Of a stretch of DNA of 64,000 bases, positions 1 through 10,470 are shown one piece after another. The position numbers and the translations under genes were made by a program. The notes under the pieces were generated by a model. The model was not told the origin of the DNA and did no database searches. It worked only from the letters and a program-made list of their open reading frames with translations. Positions within the stretch are counted from its first letter, which is position 1. Each line of letters starts with the position of its first letter. The stretch comes from Puia dinghuensis. GTDB lineage: Bacteria; Bacteroidota; Bacteroidia; Chitinophagales; Chitinophagaceae. The stretch is taken from positions 1,459-65,458 of the forward strand of contig JAMFSL010000219.1 of assembly GCA_026225275.1 (NCBI GenBank). The letters are read 5' to 3'.

Positions 1-531
1 ATGATGCCGAATAAAGACGGTTTCGCCGTTGCCAAAAAGATCCGCCAGCAAAGTGATATGGTCCCCATTCTTTTTTTGACCGCCCGTTCGATGGAAGAAG
101 ACAAGCTGAAGGGGTTTCAAAGCGGGGCCGACGACTACATTACCAAGCCTTTTTCTATACAGGAATTGCTGATGCGCATGGAGGTGTTTCTTCGGCGGAC
201 CCGTAAAATGCATTCCGATAAAACCGTCTCCTTCGTCATTGGCCAATTGAATTTCTCCTATACTGATCTCAAGCTGACGATCGGTCAGGAAGTCTTCAAT
301 CTGACGCAAAAAGAAGCCGATCTGCTCAAATTCCTGTGCGAGCACTCCAACAGGATCCTGAAAAGAGAAGAAGTGCTGTTGAATGTCTGGGGTAAAGACG
401 ACTATTTCCTCGGCCGGAGCATGGATGTCTTTATCACCAAACTGAGGAAGTATTTCAAAGCCGATCCCCAGGTCAACCTGGAGACCATCCATGGTGTGGG
501 ATTCCGCTTTAACACCCCTCCCGCCTCCTGA
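1..531 (+). CDS. OmpR/PhoB-family response regulator (5' end cut by the window edge)
   Basis: The ORF is open at the window edge. It has the C-terminal half of a receiver domain (PILFLTARSMEEDKLKGFQSGADDYITKPFS) followed by a winged-helix output domain (LTQKEADLLKFL...IHGVGFRF). The true start lies upstream of the window. Confidence 0.85.
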   Translation: MMPNKDGFAVAKKIRQQSDMVPILFLTARSMEEDKLKGFQSGADDYITKPFSIQELLMRMEVFLRRTRKMHSDKTVSFVIGQLNFSYTDLKLTIGQEVFNLTQKEADLLKFLCEHSNRILKREEVLLNVWGKDDYFLGRSMDVFITKLRKYFKADPQVNLETIHGVGFRFNTPPAS

Positions 532-612
532 CGATCCCTGTCTGCCATTTTGAAAAAGGATTTTCATTCCGGTAGGCTGGTTGGCTGCCCGGAGGATGAC
601 ACATATAACTAA

Positions 613-637
613 AGAAATTTATATTTAATAAATTTCT
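613..637. promoter_or_regulatory. Perfect 10-bp inverted repeat AGAAATTTAT-N5-ATAAATTTCT between the response regulator and the efflux operon
   Basis: Read directly: 613-622 is the reverse complement of 628-637. It lies about 86-110 nt upstream of the ATG at 723. It could be an operator or a weak AT-rich hairpin. Confidence 0.3.
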
Positions 638-687
638 CTGAATGGCGTTTATAGAAGAGTTAACCCGGGATTAACATTAAAATATGA

Positions 688-695
688 TACTTTTG
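688..695 (+). promoter_or_regulatory. Candidate Bacteroidota -7 promoter box (TAnnTTTG) for the efflux operon
   Basis: TACTTTTG sits 28 nt upstream of the ATG at 723 and matches the TAnnTTTG -7 consensus described for Bacteroidota primary-sigma promoters. Confidence 0.3.
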
Positions 696-722
696 CACAC
701 TAAAAATTAACCGTAATTACGT

Positions 723-2009
723 ATGCGAATAAGAAGGTTGGCTCTATTCCCTGCTTTGTTGACGGCTCTTTCTTTCTGGGGTTTTTCCGCCTCTGCACAG
801 CCGCATCAGGATACGCTGAGGTTAGCATTGCCCGAAGCGGAGAAGATGTTCCTGGACAGTAACCTGCAGCTCCTGGCGCAGCGATACAATATAGACGCCA
901 ACCAGGCGCTCGTTATTCAGGCCCGGCTCTGGCCCAATCCTACTTTCGGCATCAGCCATGGGTTATATTCCGCGCAGCTGCACCAGTTCTTTCCCACCGG
1001 TATCAATGACGAAACCACCATGGAGCTGGATCAGGTGATCCTGCTGGCCGGGAAGCGCAACAAACAGATCAAACTGGCCCAGGCGAATGTTGAGCTGACA
1101 CAAAACCAGTTCTTCGATTTGTTGCGGACCTTGAAATATACTTTGCGGACGGATTTTTACCAGATCTACTTCCTGCAAGAGTCGGCGAAGGTCTATGATG
1201 CCGAGATCAAAGCGCTCAGCCATGTAGCGGATGCCTACACCCAGGCGCAGGAGAAGGGGTATATTTCCGAGAAGGATGTGATCAGGCTCAAAGCACAGTT
1301 GTACAGCTTTCAGGCTGAATACAGCGCACTGATCAACCAGATCAATGATACGGAGAGCGAATTGCGGCTAGTCCTCCAGGCGAAGCCGAATTTCTTCGTC
1401 GCCCCTCAGGTCGATTCCATTGCGCTGACGAAACTTGATCCGGGCCAATATACACTTGCTACCCTTATCGACTCTGCCTACCGCAACCGAACGGATCTGC
1501 AGATTGCAAGGACCAATACGAAGATCAACCAGCTGAATTATGATTATCAGAAAGCACTGGCGGTACCCGACCTCACTTTGTCGCTGGGGTATGACGAGGC
1601 AGGTGGTTTCCTGTATGGTTATTACGGAATCGGCGCTTCCATCGACCTTCCGGTCTTCAACCGCAACCAGGGCAATATCAAATCTGCCAGATCGCAGATC
1701 CTGAACACGGAAGCTACGCAACGCTTCACCCAGGCGACCGTGGAAGAGAATGTAGCCAATTCCCTGCAAAAAGCTTTTGCCCAGCAAAAGATGTTCGGGA
1801 CGATCGACCCCAAATTTGCCGCGGACTTCCAACGGCTGAATGACGAAGTGCTGGCCCAATACATGAAAAGGAATCTCAGCATCCTGGAGTTCCTTGATTT
1901 TTACGATTCCTACAAGCAGAATATAGTGCAGATGAATACCATCCAGTTCAACCGGATCAGTGCCTTCGAGGATATCAATTATTACACGGGAACCAATTTC
2001 TTTAACTAA
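723..2009 (+). CDS. TolC/CzcC-type outer-membrane efflux factor
   Basis: 428 aa with a signal peptide (LALFPALLTALSFWGFSASAQ). Coiled-coil-rich sequence typical of the OEP family. It is the first gene of an OMF-adaptor-RND triad with short spacers. Confidence 0.8.
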   Translation: MRIRRLALFPALLTALSFWGFSASAQPHQDTLRLALPEAEKMFLDSNLQLLAQRYNIDANQALVIQARLWPNPTFGISHGLYSAQLHQFFPTGINDETTMELDQVILLAGKRNKQIKLAQANVELTQNQFFDLLRTLKYTLRTDFYQIYFLQESAKVYDAEIKALSHVADAYTQAQEKGYISEKDVIRLKAQLYSFQAEYSALINQINDTESELRLVLQAKPNFFVAPQVDSIALTKLDPGQYTLATLIDSAYRNRTDLQIARTNTKINQLNYDYQKALAVPDLTLSLGYDEAGGFLYGYYGIGASIDLPVFNRNQGNIKSARSQILNTEATQRFTQATVEENVANSLQKAFAQQKMFGTIDPKFAADFQRLNDEVLAQYMKRNLSILEFLDFYDSYKQNIVQMNTIQFNRISAFEDINYYTGTNFFN

Positions 2010-2041
2010 CCGGGCCATTCGCACAGGCCGCTCAACTATCA

Positions 2042-3169
2042 ATGATCAATCGTCTCAATATGCAAAAGATCTTTAATACCGGCAGACAGGTCCTCTACAT
2101 TCTATTAACGGGCAGTTTCTTTCTATTGATACAGTCCTGTGAGACCCAGGAGAAAAAGCCCGAGGCGGACAAAGGCTATGTGATCCCCGACACGGTGATG
2201 AGGGCATTGAAGGTAGACACGGTCTCTATCAGCCAGCTGGTCACTGCCATCACCCTGACCGGTAAGGTAGGCACCAATGACGACAATGTTGTCCCCGTCT
2301 ATTCCCTGGTCAGCGGTATCGTGAATGATATTAAGGTGAATTTGGGTGATTATGTATTGCCTGGTCAGACCCTGGCCGTCGTCAGGAGCCAGGAAATGGC
2401 GCAATACAGCAGTGACTTGCTGAATGCCCAGACCAACCTGACCATCGCGCAGAAGAATCTGGAAAAGTCCGTGGATCTCTTTCACGGTGGTTTGGCATCG
2501 GTCCCCGATACATTGGCCGCCCGCGTGGGTCTCCAGCAGGCACAGGCAGAGCTAAGCCGTGTCAACCGGGTGCTCAAGATCAATGGCGGTAACAGCGAGG
2601 GAGATTTTGTCGTCAGGGCGCCGATCAACGGGTTTATCGTTCAGAAGGGAGCCACCAATAATATGCTGATCCGCGGTGACAACAGCACCAGCCTGTTCAC
2701 CATCTCCGACCTGAAGAATGTCTGGATCATGGCCAACGTGTATGAATCCAATATCAGTCTTATCCATCAGGGAGAAAATGTCGATGTGACCACCCTGGCC
2801 TATCCGGGAAGGATTTTCAAAGGCAAGGTCGACAAAGTCATGAATGTGCTGGATCCTACCAGTAAGGTCATGAAGGTCCGCGTCGTATTGCCTAACCCTG
2901 ATTACGCATTGAAACCGGAAATGTATGCCAGCATAACGGTCAGTGACAAGGAGAACAAGCAGTGTCTTAGTGTTCCTTCCTCGGCCGTCATCTTCGACCA
3001 CAGTCAGAATTATGTCCTCATTTTCCATAGCAAATCAGATGTGGTCATCACCCCTGTGACAGTGCTGAGCGCCGTAGGCGACAAGACCTTCATCGCATCG
3101 GGCGTGAATGAAGGCGATAAGATCGTTTCATCTCAGGCCATCCTTATTTACAATGCGCTGAACAGTTAA
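2042..3169 (+). CDS. Efflux RND periplasmic adaptor subunit (CzcB/CusB-like lipoprotein)
   Basis: 375 aa with a lipobox-like FLLIQSC and HlyD/MFP-like sequence (VSGIVNDIKVNLGDYVLPGQTLAVV lipoyl-like hairpin). It sits between the OMF and the RND pump. The start could instead be the Met at 2060. Confidence 0.8.
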   Translation: MINRLNMQKIFNTGRQVLYILLTGSFFLLIQSCETQEKKPEADKGYVIPDTVMRALKVDTVSISQLVTAITLTGKVGTNDDNVVPVYSLVSGIVNDIKVNLGDYVLPGQTLAVVRSQEMAQYSSDLLNAQTNLTIAQKNLEKSVDLFHGGLASVPDTLAARVGLQQAQAELSRVNRVLKINGGNSEGDFVVRAPINGFIVQKGATNNMLIRGDNSTSLFTISDLKNVWIMANVYESNISLIHQGENVDVTTLAYPGRIFKGKVDKVMNVLDPTSKVMKVRVVLPNPDYALKPEMYASITVSDKENKQCLSVPSSAVIFDHSQNYVLIFHSKSDVVITPVTVLSAVGDKTFIASGVNEGDKIVSSQAILIYNALNS

Positions 3170-3202
3170 ACTGATAACAAAAATTATTAAAATCGCCCGG
3201 AG

Positions 3203-6200
3203 ATGAATAAATTTCTTAGAGGTATCATTTCCTTTTCTTTAAAGAACAGGTATTTTATCTTCTTTTGTGCCGCGCTCCTATTGATAACGGGTGTCATCAC
3301 CTTCAAAAACATGCCGATCGAGGCATTCCCGGATGTCACCAATACGGAAATCAGTATTATCACCCAGTGGCCGGGACGCAGTGCGGAAGAGATAGAAAAG
3401 TTCGTGACGATCCCCGTCGAGATCGCCATGAATCCCGTTCAACAGAAGATCAGCCTCCGTTCCACCAGTATTTTCGGCCTTTCTTATGTCAAGCTTATTT
3501 TTGACGACGGTGTGGTCGACAGGGACGCCCGCATGCAGGTCAACGCCCTACTGCAAAGTGTCAACCTGCCTGATAATATCCAGCCCCAGGTACAACCGCC
3601 TACCGGTCCCACCGGTGAGATCTACCGTTATACGCTGAAGAGCAATATCCGGGATGACCGGGAATTGAAGACCATGCAGGACTGGGTCATCGACCGGCAA
3701 TTACGCAGCGTTCCCGGTGTCGGCGATATCGTCAGTTTCGGCGGCAGGGTAAAGACATATGAGATCAAGGTAGATCCGGGTAAGTTGGTCAACTTAGGCA
3801 TTTCTCCTCTCGATGTGTTCAATGCAGTCGGTAAGAGCAATATCAATATCGGCGGCGATTTCATCGTCAAAAACAACCAGGCCTATGTCGTACGCGGTAT
3901 CGGTCTGCTGAACGATATCAGTGAAATAGACAATATCATCGTCACGACCAACAACGATATCCCCGTACTGGTAAAAGATGTGGCCGAAGTCGTGGTTTCC
4001 AATGTGCCCCGTCTGGGTCGTGTAGGCCGGGCCGACCCGGTGGTCGATTCCACCGGAACGCCGGTTCTGGATTCCGCCGGCCAGCGGAAGATCGTCGACC
4101 AGGACGACGTCGTGGAAGCCATCGTGATCATGCGCAAGGGAGAAAATGCCTCCACTGTCGTACAGGCCGTCAAGGCAAAGATCAACAAGCTGAATACTAC
4201 CGTTCTGCCGCAGGATACCAAAATCGTCCCCTATTATGACCGGGAAGATCTGATTCACTATGCCACGCATACCGTACTCCATAACCTCGTAGAAGGTATC
4301 CTGCTGGTGACCCTGCTCGTGTCCCTGTTCATGTTCAACTGGCGCACGACGCTGATCGTCTCGATCATTATTCCGCTGGCCCTGCTGTTTGCCTTCATCT
4401 GTCTGCACCTGATGGGCATGTCGGCGAATCTTTTGTCGCTCGGCGCCGTGGACTTCGGGATCATCATCGATGGCGCGGTGGTGATGGTGGAAGGGTTGTT
4501 TGTGATCCTTGACCACCAGGCGCGGGAGGTCGGCATGGAACGGTTTAACAAAATGGCCAAGATGGGGCTGATCAAGAAGAATGGCGCCCAGTTGGGAAAA
4601 GCGGTCTTCTTTGCCAAGCTGATCATCATCACCGGTCTGATGCCCATCTTCGCCTTCCAGAAGGTCGAAGGCAAGCTGTTCTCGCCTCTCGCCTATACGC
4701 TGGGATTTGCCCTGCTGGGCGCCCTGATCTTTACGCTCACCCTGGTGCCGGCGCTGATCAACCTGCTGTTGCGCAAGAATGTCCATGAGAAGCACAACCC
4801 TATCGTCCATTTCCTCACGGGAATGATGATCAGGGGCTTTACGTTCCACTGGAAATATAAAAAGACTACCGTCTTCACCGCCTTTCTCATTATCGGCGTA
4901 GGTTTTTATGCCTTTACACTACTGGGCACGGAGTTCCTGCCGGAGCTCGATGAAGGGGCGATCTGGCTCAGAGCCCAACTGCCCTACAGCGTTTCACTTG
5001 ACGAGTCCGTCAAAGTCGCCCGCGAGGTCAGGAAGATGATGATGACCTTCCCCGAAGTAAAAGTCATCGCCTCCCAGACGGGACGGCCCGATGACGGAAC
5101 GGATGTCACCGGTTTTTATAATAACGAATTCGACGTGCTGCTCTATCCCGAAGAGCAATGGAAATCGCACTACACGAAGGATGAACTGATCGATACCATG
5201 AACCGTAAATTGAGCGTACTGCCGGGCATAGACCTCAATTTCTCGCAGCCGATCAGTGACAACATCGAAGAGGCTGTATCCGGGGTGAAAGGTTCGATCT
5301 GCGTCAAGGTATATGGCGACTCGCTGGATTATATGGAAAACAAAGTGACCCAGGTGTATGACATCCTGAAAAGCGTCCGCGGCATCTCGGATCTCGGTGT
5401 CATTAAGAATCTTGGCCAGCCGGAGCTGGATATCGACCTTAACCAGCAGCAAATGGCTTTATATGGCGTAGCTACAGCCGATGCCAATGCCGTCATCGAA
5501 ATGGCCATCGGCGGCAAGGCGGCATCTACATTATACGAAGGGATCAAGACTTTCGATATCCGGATCCGGCTGCCCGAACAATACCGGGCATCGGTAGATG
5601 ACATCGGCAATCTGATGGTGCCTACGCTAAGCGGCTCGAAAGTGCCCATCAGGGAAATCGCTTCCATTAAGATGAAGACCGGGCCCTGCCTGATCTTCCG
5701 GGATGACAATGAACGGTATGCCGCCCTGAAATTTTCCGTCCGCGGCCGGGATATGGGCAGCACCATCGCCGAGGCACAGCAAAAGGTAGACGCTTCTGTT
5801 AACCTTAAAAAAGGCTACAGCATGGTTTGGCAAGGTGATTTCGAGAACCAGCAGCGCGCTACCAAGCGGCTGGAGCAGGTGGTGCCTATCAGCCTGGCAC
5901 TGATTTTCCTGCTGCTTTTCATCATGTTCGGCAATTTCAAGGATGCCGGGCTCGTGTTCCTCAACGTACCCTTCGCCATCGTCGGCGGGGTGGTCGCCCT
6001 GCATGTCACGGGCACCAATTTCAGCATCTCCGCGGGTATCGGTTTCATCGCCCTGTTCGGCATCTGTATACAGGACGGGGTGTTGCTGATCACCGTCTTC
6101 AAGCATAACCTGGAGCATATGCATAACCAGAGTCATTCGCTGTATACCGCCATCAAGCTGGGGGTCAATTCCCGGATCCGGCCCGTCATGATGACGGCGC

Positions 6201-6391
6201 TGATGGCGGCCATCGGTCTGTTCCCGGCGGCGATCTCGCATGGCATAGGCAGCGAAAGCAGCCGGCCCCTGGCCCGGGTGGTCATCGGTGGCATCCTGTG
6301 CGCTATGATCTTCTCCCTGCTGGTCTTCCCGCTGATCTTCGGCTGGGCCTACCGCAATGTGGATAGCAAGTACCGGGGCGAGATAGAATAA
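3203..6391 (+). CDS. Heavy-metal-efflux type RND transporter, CzcA/CusA family
   Basis: 1062 aa with RND 12-TM organisation. It carries the HME-type TM4 motif DFGIIIDGAVVMVEG and the N-terminal FPDVTNTEISIITQWPGRSAEE. Confidence 0.9.
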   Translation: MNKFLRGIISFSLKNRYFIFFCAALLLITGVITFKNMPIEAFPDVTNTEISIITQWPGRSAEEIEKFVTIPVEIAMNPVQQKISLRSTSIFGLSYVKLIFDDGVVDRDARMQVNALLQSVNLPDNIQPQVQPPTGPTGEIYRYTLKSNIRDDRELKTMQDWVIDRQLRSVPGVGDIVSFGGRVKTYEIKVDPGKLVNLGISPLDVFNAVGKSNINIGGDFIVKNNQAYVVRGIGLLNDISEIDNIIVTTNNDIPVLVKDVAEVVVSNVPRLGRVGRADPVVDSTGTPVLDSAGQRKIVDQDDVVEAIVIMRKGENASTVVQAVKAKINKLNTTVLPQDTKIVPYYDREDLIHYATHTVLHNLVEGILLVTLLVSLFMFNWRTTLIVSIIIPLALLFAFICLHLMGMSANLLSLGAVDFGIIIDGAVVMVEGLFVILDHQAREVGMERFNKMAKMGLIKKNGAQLGKAVFFAKLIIITGLMPIFAFQKVEGKLFSPLAYTLGFALLGALIFTLTLVPALINLLLRKNVHEKHNPIVHFLTGMMIRGFTFHWKYKKTTVFTAFLIIGVGFYAFTLLGTEFLPELDEGAIWLRAQLPYSVSLDESVKVAREVRKMMMTFPEVKVIASQTGRPDDGTDVTGFYNNEFDVLLYPEEQWKSHYTKDELIDTMNRKLSVLPGIDLNFSQPISDNIEEAVSGVKGSICVKVYGDSLDYMENKVTQVYDILKSVRGISDLGVIKNLGQPELDIDLNQQQMALYGVATADANAVIEMAIGGKAASTLYEGIKTFDIRIRLPEQYRASVDDIGNLMVPTLSGSKVPIREIASIKMKTGPCLIFRDDNERYAALKFSVRGRDMGSTIAEAQQKVDASVNLKKGYSMVWQGDFENQQRATKRLEQVVPISLALIFLLLFIMFGNFKDAGLVFLNVPFAIVGGVVALHVTGTNFSISAGIGFIALFGICIQDGVLLITVFKHNLEHMHNQSHSLYTAIKLGVNSRIRPVMMTALMAAIGLFPAAISHGIGSESSRPLARVVIGGILCAMIFSLLVFPLIFGWAYRNVDSKYRGEIE

Positions 6392-6422
6392 ACGGGGCGA
6401 CTGAAAGGGGCGATAAAATGAT

Positions 6423-9400
6423 ATGAACTTTAAAAAGATAAACAGCGTCTCCGGGTGGATTGTCTGCGCGATTGCTTGCACAGTCTATATCATCACCAGG
6501 CAACCGACAGTAAGTTTCTGGGATTGCGGGGAATTCACGCCCTGCGCCTATAAGTTGCAGATATCGCATGCACCCGGGGCGCCGCTGTTCATTTTGCTGG
6601 GGCGGCTTTTTATCATTTTGTTCAGCGGTAGCTGGGATGCTGTAACGGCTAACCCGCATGCCGCCATCCAGGTGAACCTGTTGTCCTCGATGAGCAGCGG
6701 ATTTGCTATTCTCTTCCTGTTCTGGACCATTACTCATCTGGCCCGTAAGCTGATGACGACAAAAGGAGAAGTCATTACGACAGAAAAAATGATCGTCATC
6801 ATCGGCGCCGGCGCTGTGGGCGCTCTGGCATTTGCCTTTTCCGACTCTTTCTGGTTCTCGGCTGTCGAAGCCATCGTATTCGGCGTATCCCCTTTGTTCA
6901 TCGCCATGAGTTTTTGGTGTATTCTGAAATGGGAAGAGCATGCAGACGAACCCGGCGCCGACCGATGGATCGTCCTGCTGGCCTATATTATAGGGTTGTC
7001 CATTGGGGTGCACCTGCTCAGCCTGCTGAGTATCCCGGCCATCGTCATGACCTATTATTTCCGGCGGTTCAAATTTTCGCGCAAGGGCATGCTGCTGGCC
7101 TTTTTGGTCGCCTGTGTGCTCACCGGCGTCGTTCAGGTCCTGGTCATCCAGGATATTATCAAGGTCATGGGATGGTTCGAGCTGCAATTTGTCAATAGTC
7201 TCGGGCTGCCCTTCAATTCGGGGTGTTTCTTCTTCATTTTTTTGCTCGTGGTGCTGATCGTCTGGGGCATCCGCTGGGGAAGGAAGCATGCGAAATATTA
7301 TTTACAGTTGGGGCTATACTGTTTTGCGTTTATCCTCGTCGGTTATTCCCCTTACGCCGTGGTACTGATCCGGGCGAATGCCGACCCGGCCGTCAACATG
7401 CAGAACGTCAACAATCCTATCGAACTGGTGGCTTACCTGGACCGCTCCCAGTATGGCGAGTGGCCCATTATTTCGGGCGCCGATTTCACGGCCAAACCGA
7501 TCAATCAGGAAGAGACGGGGAATACCTATTTTAAGAATGAAACGACCGGCAAATATGAAGTGGTGGGCAAGAAGATCAAGCTGGAGTATGATCCTTCCGA
7601 TACCCGTTACTTCCCCCGGTTATGGGATACCGATAATTCCCAGGGGCATGTCGATTACTATAAAGCCAGGCTGGGGCTGGGAGACGGAGATGTCCCTACC
7701 GGCGGGGATGACCTGCGCTGGCTGTTGGATTACCAGTTCAACTGGATGTACTGGCGGTATTTTATGTGGAACTTTGCCGGCCGCCAGAATGACTTACAGG
7801 GGACAGGCAATCCCCGGGATGGCAACTGGATAACAGGAATTCCTTTTTATGACAACCTCCGGCTGGGGGATCAGAGCAGAATGCCTGAATCGCTTCAGCA
7901 AAATAAGGCGCATACCACCTTGTTTTTATTACCGCTGTTGTTAGGTGTGCTGGGATTGGTCTACCAATGGCGGCGGGACAAGCCGGGCACCGTCGTGGTA
8001 TTTCTGCTGTATTTCTTCACCGGGATCGCGATCGTCCTCTATCTCAACCAGGCAGGGCCGCAGCCAAGGGAAAGGGATTACTCTTATGTAGGTTCCTTTT
8101 ATGCCTTTTCCATCTGGATAGGCCTCGGGGTATTGTTTGTATATGACTTGCTGAAACGCAGCAAACTGGCCGGACTCACCGCGGCCGGACTTGCCCTGGG
8201 CGCCTGTATGCTGGCAGTACCTGTGCTTATGATTGGCCAGGAGTGGAAGGCCCATGACCGTTCGCACAAGACCCTGGCCAAGGATGCGGCTGCCGACTAC
8301 CTGAATTCCTGCGCCCCGCAGTCAGTACTTTTCACGGGCGGGGATAATGATACCTACCCCCTCTGGTATGACCAGGAAGTAGAGAATATCCGCCCCGACG
8401 TACGCGTCATCGTGACAAGTCTCCTGGGGACAGATTGGATGATCAATCAACTCCGCCGTAAGATCAACCAGAGTGACCCCATCCCCATGAGCTGGTCGCC
8501 GGACAAGTATGTGGGTGATAACCGGAATTATATTCCTTTCTCCGATCAGGGGAAAATTCCAAAGGGGGGCTATATGGATCTCAATAACGCTATGGCGTTT
8601 ATGGGCAGCGATAGTAACCAGTTGGAAACACAGGGTGGGGACAGGATCAATTATTTCCCTACGCATAATTTTTCTATCCCGGTGGATAAGCAGGCCGTCA
8701 TTGCCGACGGTACGGTAGCAGCGAAGGACAGTGCGCGGATCCCTGCCCAACTGGATTTTACCTTTTCCGGTAATAATCTCTTCAAGAATGACCTGATAGA
8801 GCTCAATATCATTGCCGCCAATCAATGGCGGCGCCCCATTGCTTTTACCGAGCCCTATGCGCTGGGGTTGAATAACTACCTGCGGAATGACGGGATAACG
8901 TACCGGCTGATGCCACTGAATCCCGATGCTGATAAGAACAACGTCAACGTAGATACGATGTACCGAAACCTGATGTCCCGGTTTAAGTTCGGGGGAGCGG
9001 AGAATCCCGATATGTATTTTGATGAGAACGGTCGCCGGATATTGTTGTCCATCCGTAACGCCTATTCTATGCTGGGGCAAACATTAGCCACCAGGGGAAG
9101 TAAAGACAGCGCCTTACGGGTGCTGAACTATGGCTATACCATGCTGAACCGGACCACGCTGGCTTACGGAGCGACGTCTGCGTACAATCAGCAGGATGGA
9201 TCCGCGTTGCAATATGCCTTTGCCTTTTACCTGGCGGGAGACCCCGTCAAAGGCCGGCAGATAGCGGATGCCGTGTTGCGGGATGCTCATCAGCAGGTGG
9301 ATTATTACAATTCTTTATCGGATACGCAGGCGGCGGATTTCAGACAGGACCTTCAGACGGCGCGGCAGATCGTCGCTCAGGCAGAGGGGTTAGAGGCGCA

Positions 9401-9440
9401 GTTCGCCAAGCCGGCGGGGATGGCGGCGCCCAGGCCATAG
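6423..9440 (+). CDS. DUF2723-family polytopic membrane protein (glycosyltransferase-C / O-mannosyltransferase-like fold)
   Basis: 1005 aa. The N-terminus TVSFWDCGEF...AYKLQISHAPGAPLFILLGR is characteristic of DUF2723 proteins. It has many TM segments and a soluble helical-repeat-like C-terminal half. Confidence 0.7.
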   Translation: MNFKKINSVSGWIVCAIACTVYIITRQPTVSFWDCGEFTPCAYKLQISHAPGAPLFILLGRLFIILFSGSWDAVTANPHAAIQVNLLSSMSSGFAILFLFWTITHLARKLMTTKGEVITTEKMIVIIGAGAVGALAFAFSDSFWFSAVEAIVFGVSPLFIAMSFWCILKWEEHADEPGADRWIVLLAYIIGLSIGVHLLSLLSIPAIVMTYYFRRFKFSRKGMLLAFLVACVLTGVVQVLVIQDIIKVMGWFELQFVNSLGLPFNSGCFFFIFLLVVLIVWGIRWGRKHAKYYLQLGLYCFAFILVGYSPYAVVLIRANADPAVNMQNVNNPIELVAYLDRSQYGEWPIISGADFTAKPINQEETGNTYFKNETTGKYEVVGKKIKLEYDPSDTRYFPRLWDTDNSQGHVDYYKARLGLGDGDVPTGGDDLRWLLDYQFNWMYWRYFMWNFAGRQNDLQGTGNPRDGNWITGIPFYDNLRLGDQSRMPESLQQNKAHTTLFLLPLLLGVLGLVYQWRRDKPGTVVVFLLYFFTGIAIVLYLNQAGPQPRERDYSYVGSFYAFSIWIGLGVLFVYDLLKRSKLAGLTAAGLALGACMLAVPVLMIGQEWKAHDRSHKTLAKDAAADYLNSCAPQSVLFTGGDNDTYPLWYDQEVENIRPDVRVIVTSLLGTDWMINQLRRKINQSDPIPMSWSPDKYVGDNRNYIPFSDQGKIPKGGYMDLNNAMAFMGSDSNQLETQGGDRINYFPTHNFSIPVDKQAVIADGTVAAKDSARIPAQLDFTFSGNNLFKNDLIELNIIAANQWRRPIAFTEPYALGLNNYLRNDGITYRLMPLNPDADKNNVNVDTMYRNLMSRFKFGGAENPDMYFDENGRRILLSIRNAYSMLGQTLATRGSKDSALRVLNYGYTMLNRTTLAYGATSAYNQQDGSALQYAFAFYLAGDPVKGRQIADAVLRDAHQQVDYYNSLSDTQAADFRQDLQTARQIVAQAEGLEAQFAKPAGMAAPRP

Positions 9441-9484
9441 GGGGCGCAGTTCAAAATAAAGTAAGTATATTCGCTTTTTATTAT

Positions 9485-10414
9485 ATGAATATCCGATCGG
9501 GCTATCGCTTACCATTTTTACTCACCCTCAACCTGCTCCTCTCGACCGTATCCCTGCCGGCCCAGAATTTCTTTAAGGCGTCCATCCGGTACAATCCTGG
9601 TCGCGTCAATGGGATGGTCATTACCGAGTCCGCGATCGGGACCGCGGTTACCATCGGCCTGCAATTTCTTTGGTATAAAAAATTCCCACATAGTAAGTTC
9701 CACTTCTTCAATGACAACGCCGAGTGGCTGCAAGTCGACAAGGTCGGTCATGCCACAACCGCCTATAATATCGCTGCTTTCCAAAGCAACCTGATGCGCT
9801 GGGGTGGTATCCGCAGCGGAACCGCCGCGCTGATCGGCACGCTCACGGCACTGGGGTTTATGACCATGATCGAGGTCATGGATGGTCATTCTGACAAATG
9901 GGGCTTTTCCAAAGGAGATATGTTGGCCAATATCGCCGGCTGTGTGCTGTTCGAGGGTCAGCAGCTGTTATGGCATGAGCAACGCATCAGTCTCAAATAC
10001 TCCTATCATGGCACCCTCTTCCCCCAGTATTATCCGGCCGAACTGGGGGACAATCTGCCGGAGCGGATGCTGAAGGACTATAATGGGCAAAGCTATTGGC
10101 TGTCCTTCAATATCGCCAGTTTCCTGCCCGCTTCCAGTCATTTTCCGCGTTGGCTGAATGCGACCGTAGGATATGGGGCCGAAGGGATGGTCGGGGCAAT
10201 GAAAAATCCCGATGAAGTAGATGGCAAGCCTATTCCTTCTTTCAAACGCTACCGGCAGTTCTATTTCTCCTTCGATACCGACTTGTACCGGGTCAATGGC
10301 CTGTCGCCGCTGGCTTCTTCCCTGCTGGAAATCAACAGGGTCATCAAGACCCCCGCCCCTGCCCTGGAATGGAGTGAGGTCGGGGGAATTAAATTTCATC
10401 CTTTTTACTATTAG
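9485..10414 (+). CDS. DUF2279/YfiM-like envelope protein
   Basis: 309 aa with a signal peptide. The motifs VDKVGHATTAY and FSKGDMLANIAG resemble the DKxxH and KDxxxxxxG motifs of E. coli YfiM (DUF2279). Confidence 0.5.
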   Translation: MNIRSGYRLPFLLTLNLLLSTVSLPAQNFFKASIRYNPGRVNGMVITESAIGTAVTIGLQFLWYKKFPHSKFHFFNDNAEWLQVDKVGHATTAYNIAAFQSNLMRWGGIRSGTAALIGTLTALGFMTMIEVMDGHSDKWGFSKGDMLANIAGCVLFEGQQLLWHEQRISLKYSYHGTLFPQYYPAELGDNLPERMLKDYNGQSYWLSFNIASFLPASSHFPRWLNATVGYGAEGMVGAMKNPDEVDGKPIPSFKRYRQFYFSFDTDLYRVNGLSPLASSLLEINRVIKTPAPALEWSEVGGIKFHPFYY

Positions 10415-10470
10415 CAATAACATGTAATTAACTAATGCTTAACTTGGGGTACTCTTAACAGTGCGCCCAT

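Noticed and set aside
3794-4849. Long minus-strand ORFs opposite the RND pump, DUF2723 and the TonB-like barrel genes (3794..4849, 5627..6481, 6303..7289, 8322..9080, 19433..20425)
   Set aside because: They have the same antisense-shadow explanation, and their His/Asp/Gly/Arg-rich composition has no domain motifs.
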